From Calditrichota bacterium (GTDB taxonomy: Bacteria > Zixibacteria > MSB-5A5 > GN15 > FEB-12), in contig DAOWIC010000323.1 of NCBI GenBank assembly GCA_030641085.1, positions 1 through 29,924 on the forward strand: a stretch of 29,924 bases of DNA. The letters run 5' to 3'. The notes under the pieces were generated by a model. It had not been told where the DNA came from, ran no database searches, and saw only the letters and a list, made by a program, of their open reading frames with translations. Shown in pieces: positions 26,602 to 29,924 of the stretch (positions are counted from its first letter, which is position 1; each line of letters opens with the position of its first letter). Position numbers and translations under genes: made by a program.

Positions 26602-29600
26602 TTACTGCGGCGGCCGAGGCCCGGAACGATACATATAGTTGATAAGATATGCGACATCGGCAACATTGATTGTGCCACTGCGGTCGACATCACCCGCATC
26701 GGGCGGACTTGGCTCCTCGCCCTCGCGGAAAAGGAAACCAATTATGTAGACAATATCGTTCATGGTATAGACTTCGTCGGCATCAGCGTCGCCGCGCAGC
26801 ATCGATCGCACGTGGAGGGTGGTCGCAATCGTGTCAGCAGCACCGCCTACGTCGGTGACGACAAACGAGACCACCTCCGTTGTACCGTCCAGAGTCACAT
26901 CCGGGTAGTAGCTGAAGCTGGCCGCACCGTTTCCGGAATCGACAAAGAAGAACTCCGGTAACTCCGGTGTAACACTTAAGGTTACAGGCTCGGCCTCGGG
27001 ATCGTCGGCTACCAGGTGCAGCTCCAGTCCGGTGCCGACAAAGACATCAACGTCCGGATCAACCTCGGTTGTAAAGCTGGGCCGCTGGTTGCCGGCTTCG
27101 CCCACATTGACGATCACCGTGACTGTGGTGGAGGCGCCTTCGTCATCGACCGCAACAATGTCGATCGAATAGGTGCCGGCCTGAGTGTAATCCGGGTTGA
27201 ACTGGAGTGTTTTCACGGTGTTCGAACCGGTGAAAGTCGCATTCAACGGCAGATTTTCGGCCGTCAGACTTGCTACCGTACCGTTGATATCAGTGGCGGC
27301 CACAGTGAAGAACAGGGTACCACCCTCGGCGATATTGAACGGTCCGGAGCTGGGCGAAAATTCCAGCGTCGGCGGCGGGTTATAGTCATAGACCATAATC
27401 GATTTCGGCTCCGAAAGGGGCGAGGTCAACTCCGGATCGGCTTGGTCAATCGCCTGAACCCTGAACTCGTACAGGTTAGGCACCGGGGCGGTGCCCTGAG
27501 TGAAGTCCGGGTTGAAGATCAACGTGCCGATCGTCATCGTATCGCCACTATTGACTATCGAAAACGACATATTCGGCGGCAGCGGCTCTGAATCGCCGTA
27601 GACCACGGCTATGCCCGGCAGGGTTGAATCGACATCCCAGGCGTATATCAGGTACTCGAGCGTTTCACCTTCGTTCATGCTGACTGAACTCACCGGCGTG
27701 AAGTAGCTCGGCGCCCGATTGGTATCCAGGACCGTGATAAACACCGTCTGAGTGTCAAACAACGCATCATCATTGGCATCCAGAGCGGTAATCAGGATTT
27801 CCCAGTCACCGGCGTCGAATGCGCCCGGAGTCCAGCTAAAGAAGCCGGTGCCGTCACCGAGGTCGGTCAAGCCGGCCGTGCCGGGAAGCTCGGCCGTAAA
27901 TCTCGGAGGGAAGTCCTCATCCGGATCACTGGCCGAGACTCCGAAGGTCAGATTCTGGAGTTCTCGAACGGAGTAAGCTGGAATCGGGTCGAGGACCGGT
28001 GACTGGTTGCCGGCATCAAGGACAGAAATTGTCATCACTATTGTATCGGCCATGACACCGTCGCTGGCAACAACATAGATGTCGTACATACCGGCCTGGG
28101 TGTAGCCCGGCGTGAAGGTGTAGTAAGCCACACCGTCGCCACCATCTTCCAGCGTGAAATTCTCCGGCAGGGACACAATCGACTCGTCGACCGTATAGGA
28201 GATCGACAGCGTGTCGGGATCGTGAGCGGTGAGACCGCCGGTAAGAGTCTCGCCCTCGGTTACCAGGGGGCTGGGAATCGAGTCGAAGATCGGCGGCTGG
28301 TTGCCACCGTCGTAGACCTGTATCAGGACGATTTCCTTGTCATCATCCATTCCGTCGTAAGCCCGGAAAGTCACGCTGGTCAGCCCGGCCTGGATATATC
28401 CGGGAGTGAACCGGAAGCGACCGGTGCCGTCACCGTTATCAACGAACTCGAGGAATAAAGAAGTATCGGGCATTCTCTCGGCTATCAGCATCGGCGGGCC
28501 TCCGTCCGGATCGATAGCGGAAATATCAATCACCAGTGTATCACCTTCGACCGTCGTCTGCGGGCCGACATAGGCCAAAACCGGGGGCAGATTCCCCGTC
28601 ACAACCGTTATCGTGACCACCTCTTCGGCCGTATCAGTCCCATCATCGGCACCAAAAGTGACGATGTAGGCGCCGGCTTGACCGTATTCGGGCATCCAGT
28701 AAAAATTACCGGTGCCGTCGCCATTATCGGTAAAGGTCGCCCCGGTGGGAATAGCAGTGGCATACAGCGCGGGCGTACCGCCATCGGGATCGGTGGCCGA
28801 AATGTCAATCGAGAGAATCTTTTGTCCCACTATCGACCGGTCGCCAATCGCCGCCAGAACCGGCGGCTGGTTGACATCGGTAACCGTTATGAGAACCACT
28901 TCGCTGTCGGATGCCAGGTCGCCGTCGGTGGCGACAAAAGTGACCGAATAGGCACCGCGCTGGGCGAAAGTGGGGGTCCAGTCAAAAGTACCGGTACCGT
29001 CGGTATTGTCGACAAAGGTCGCGCCGACGGGAAGGCCGGTAGCGGCAAGGGTCGGAATGGAGCCCTCCGGATCGGTAGCCGTGACGACGAAAGACAGCAG
29101 CGTGTTTTCGTACGCTACCTGGTCGCCGATTGCGGCCAGAACCGGCGGCTGGTTACCGGACTCACTCACCGTGATCGTAACCAGTTCGCTATCGGTGTCA
29201 ACACCATCGGTAGCGTAGAACATGATGTCGTGAGTACCGGCCTGAGTGAAGTCGGGCGTCCAATCAAATTCGCCTGTGGCGTCGCCGTTGTCGACCAGGA
29301 CCGCCCCGAGCGGGAGCGTGGAAGTACTGAACGACGGCGTGTTGTCCAGGTCGGTAGCCGAAAGGCTGATAAGCAACTGGACACCTTCGGACGTGCTTTG
29401 CGGTCCAATCGCCGCCAGAACCGGCAACTGGTTACCGGCCTCGTTGACCGTGACAGGAACAATCAGGTCGGTCGTGAGAGAACCGTCATCGGCTGTGAAA
29501 GTTATGTCGTAGGTTCCGGCCTGCGTGAAGCCCGGCGTCCAGTCGAACGTACCGGTGCCATCGGCGTTATCGACAAAGGTCGCGCCGGTGGGAAGGCCGG

Positions 29601-29922
29601 TAGCGGTAAGCGCCGGGATAGTGGCATCTGGATCAGAGGCCGTTATAACGAAGGTCAGCAGCACGTTTTCGGTGGTCGCCTGAGCGCCGATATCCACCAG
29701 CACCGGGGCCTGGTTGCCGGACTCATTGACTGTGATCGTGACGATCTCATCATCTATCAGTGTGCCATCACTGGCCGTGAAGGTGACATCATAAGGACCG
29801 GCCTGGGTGAAGTCCGGCGTCCAGTCAAATGTACCCGTACCGTCAAGGTTATCAGTAAGCGTCGCGCCGGTGGGCAATCCGGTGGCGGACAGAGCCGGGA
29901 TAGTGGCGTCAGGATCGGAGGC
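26602..29922 (-). CDS. Very large surface protein with tandem cadherin-like/putative Ig (He_PIG-type) repeats and a C-terminal dockerin; 5' end lies beyond the window
   Basis: The frame stays open to the window edge (...ASDPDATIPALSATGLPTG...). It has ten complete plus one partial repeat of about 95-100 aa (NQxPVL..IG.Q...E...L.F.V.A.DPDG...L.A.GLP.GATF.DN.DGTG.F.WTP.F.QAG.Y.VTF.A.DG), then a dockerin 'LRGDADADEVYTMNDIVY...GDVDRSGTINVADVAYLINY'. Confidence 0.9.
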   Translation of the reverse strand, partial: ASDPDATIPALSATGLPTGATLTDNLDGTGTFDWTPDFTQAGPYDVTFTASDGTLIDDEIVTITVNESGNQAPVLVDIGAQATTENVLLTFVITASDPDATIPALTATGLPTGATFVDNADGTGTFDWTPGFTQAGTYDITFTADDGSLTTDLIVPVTVNEAGNQLPVLAAIGPQSTSEGVQLLISLSATDLDNTPSFSTSTLPLGAVLVDNGDATGEFDWTPDFTQAGTHDIMFYATDGVDTDSELVTITVSESGNQPPVLAAIGDQVAYENTLLSFVVTATDPEGSIPTLAATGLPVGATFVDNTDGTGTFDWTPTFAQRGAYSVTFVATDGDLASDSEVVLITVTDVNQPPVLAAIGDRSIVGQKILSIDISATDPDGGTPALYATAIPTGATFTDNGDGTGNFYWMPEYGQAGAYIVTFGADDGTDTAEEVVTITVVTGNLPPVLAYVGPQTTVEGDTLVIDISAIDPDGGPPMLIAERMPDTSLFLEFVDNGDGTGRFRFTPGYIQAGLTSVTFRAYDGMDDDKEIVLIQVYDGGNQPPIFDSIPSPLVTEGETLTGGLTAHDPDTLSISYTVDESIVSLPENFTLEDGGDGVAYYTFTPGYTQAGMYDIYVVASDGVMADTIVMTISVLDAGNQSPVLDPIPAYSVRELQNLTFGVSASDPDEDFPPRFTAELPGTAGLTDLGDGTGFFSWTPGAFDAGDWEILITALDANDDALFDTQTVFITVLDTNRAPSYFTPVSSVSMNEGETLEYLIYAWDVDSTLPGIAVVYGDSEPLPPNMSFSIVNSGDTMTIGTLIFNPDFTQGTAPVPNLYEFRVQAIDQADPELTSPLSEPKSIMVYDYNPPPTLEFSPSSGPFNIAEGGTLFFTVAATDINGTVASLTAENLPLNATFTGSNTVKTLQFNPDYTQAGTYSIDIVAVDDEGASTTVTVIVNVGEAGNQRPSFTTEVDPDVDVFVGTGLELHLVADDPEAEPVTLSVTPELPEFFFVDSGNGAASFSYYPDVTLDGTTEVVSFVVTDVGGAADTIATTLHVRSMLRGDADADEVYTMNDIVYIIGFLFREGEEPSPPDAGDVDRSGTINVADVAYLINYMYRSGPRPPQ
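26810..29922 (-). repeat. Intragenic tandem array of cadherin/Ig-like repeats (about 290-bp units)
   Basis: Units open with NQAP, NQLP, NQPP, NQPP, NLPP, NQPP, NQSP, NRAP, NPPP and NQRP. Near-identical DNA recurs, e.g. GACAAAGGTCGCGCCG..GGGAAGGCCGGTAGCGG at about 29011 and 29572. Confidence 0.85.
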
Positions 29923-29924
29923 GG

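Noticed and set aside
26810-29922. Periodic DNA repeats as a possible CRISPR array or mobile repeat
   Set aside because: The repeats are in frame, about 290 bp long and protein-coding, with no spacer structure or cas genes.

Overview
The window is a gene-dense, moderately GC-rich segment of a diderm bacterial chromosome. No rRNA, tRNA, CRISPR array or mobile element is recognisable. The combination of dockerin-tagged secreted proteins and an 'NYPNPFNP' FlgD-Ig/T9SS-type C-terminal domain suggests an FCB-group organism such as candidate phylum Zixibacteria; this is an inference, not a classification. The left two-thirds holds housekeeping and envelope genes: a partial membrane protein, a GYD protein, coaX, a class V PLP enzyme, a WbuB-like GT4 and a tetraheme cytochrome c. 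It continues with a co-oriented minus-strand run (GGDEF cyclase, nagZ, anmK, SpoIID/LytB, OmpA, 2H-phosphoesterase-like), a bactofilin-like membrane protein, ggt, and a GlmA/GH35-like protein that appears to lack its catalytic nucleophile. The right third (18.2-29.9 kb) is the most interesting part: four co-oriented genes for extracellular-type proteins. Three end in a dockerin (an S8 protease that also carries a cohesin-like domain, a 1312-aa Asp-box/TSP3 protein, and a cadherin/Ig-repeat stalk protein). The fourth is a small cohesin-like domain fused to a T9SS-type sorting domain. Together they look like a cellulosome-style cohesin-dockerin surface assembly with no recognisable glycoside hydrolase cargo. 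All product calls come from motif recognition by eye; no database searches were run.
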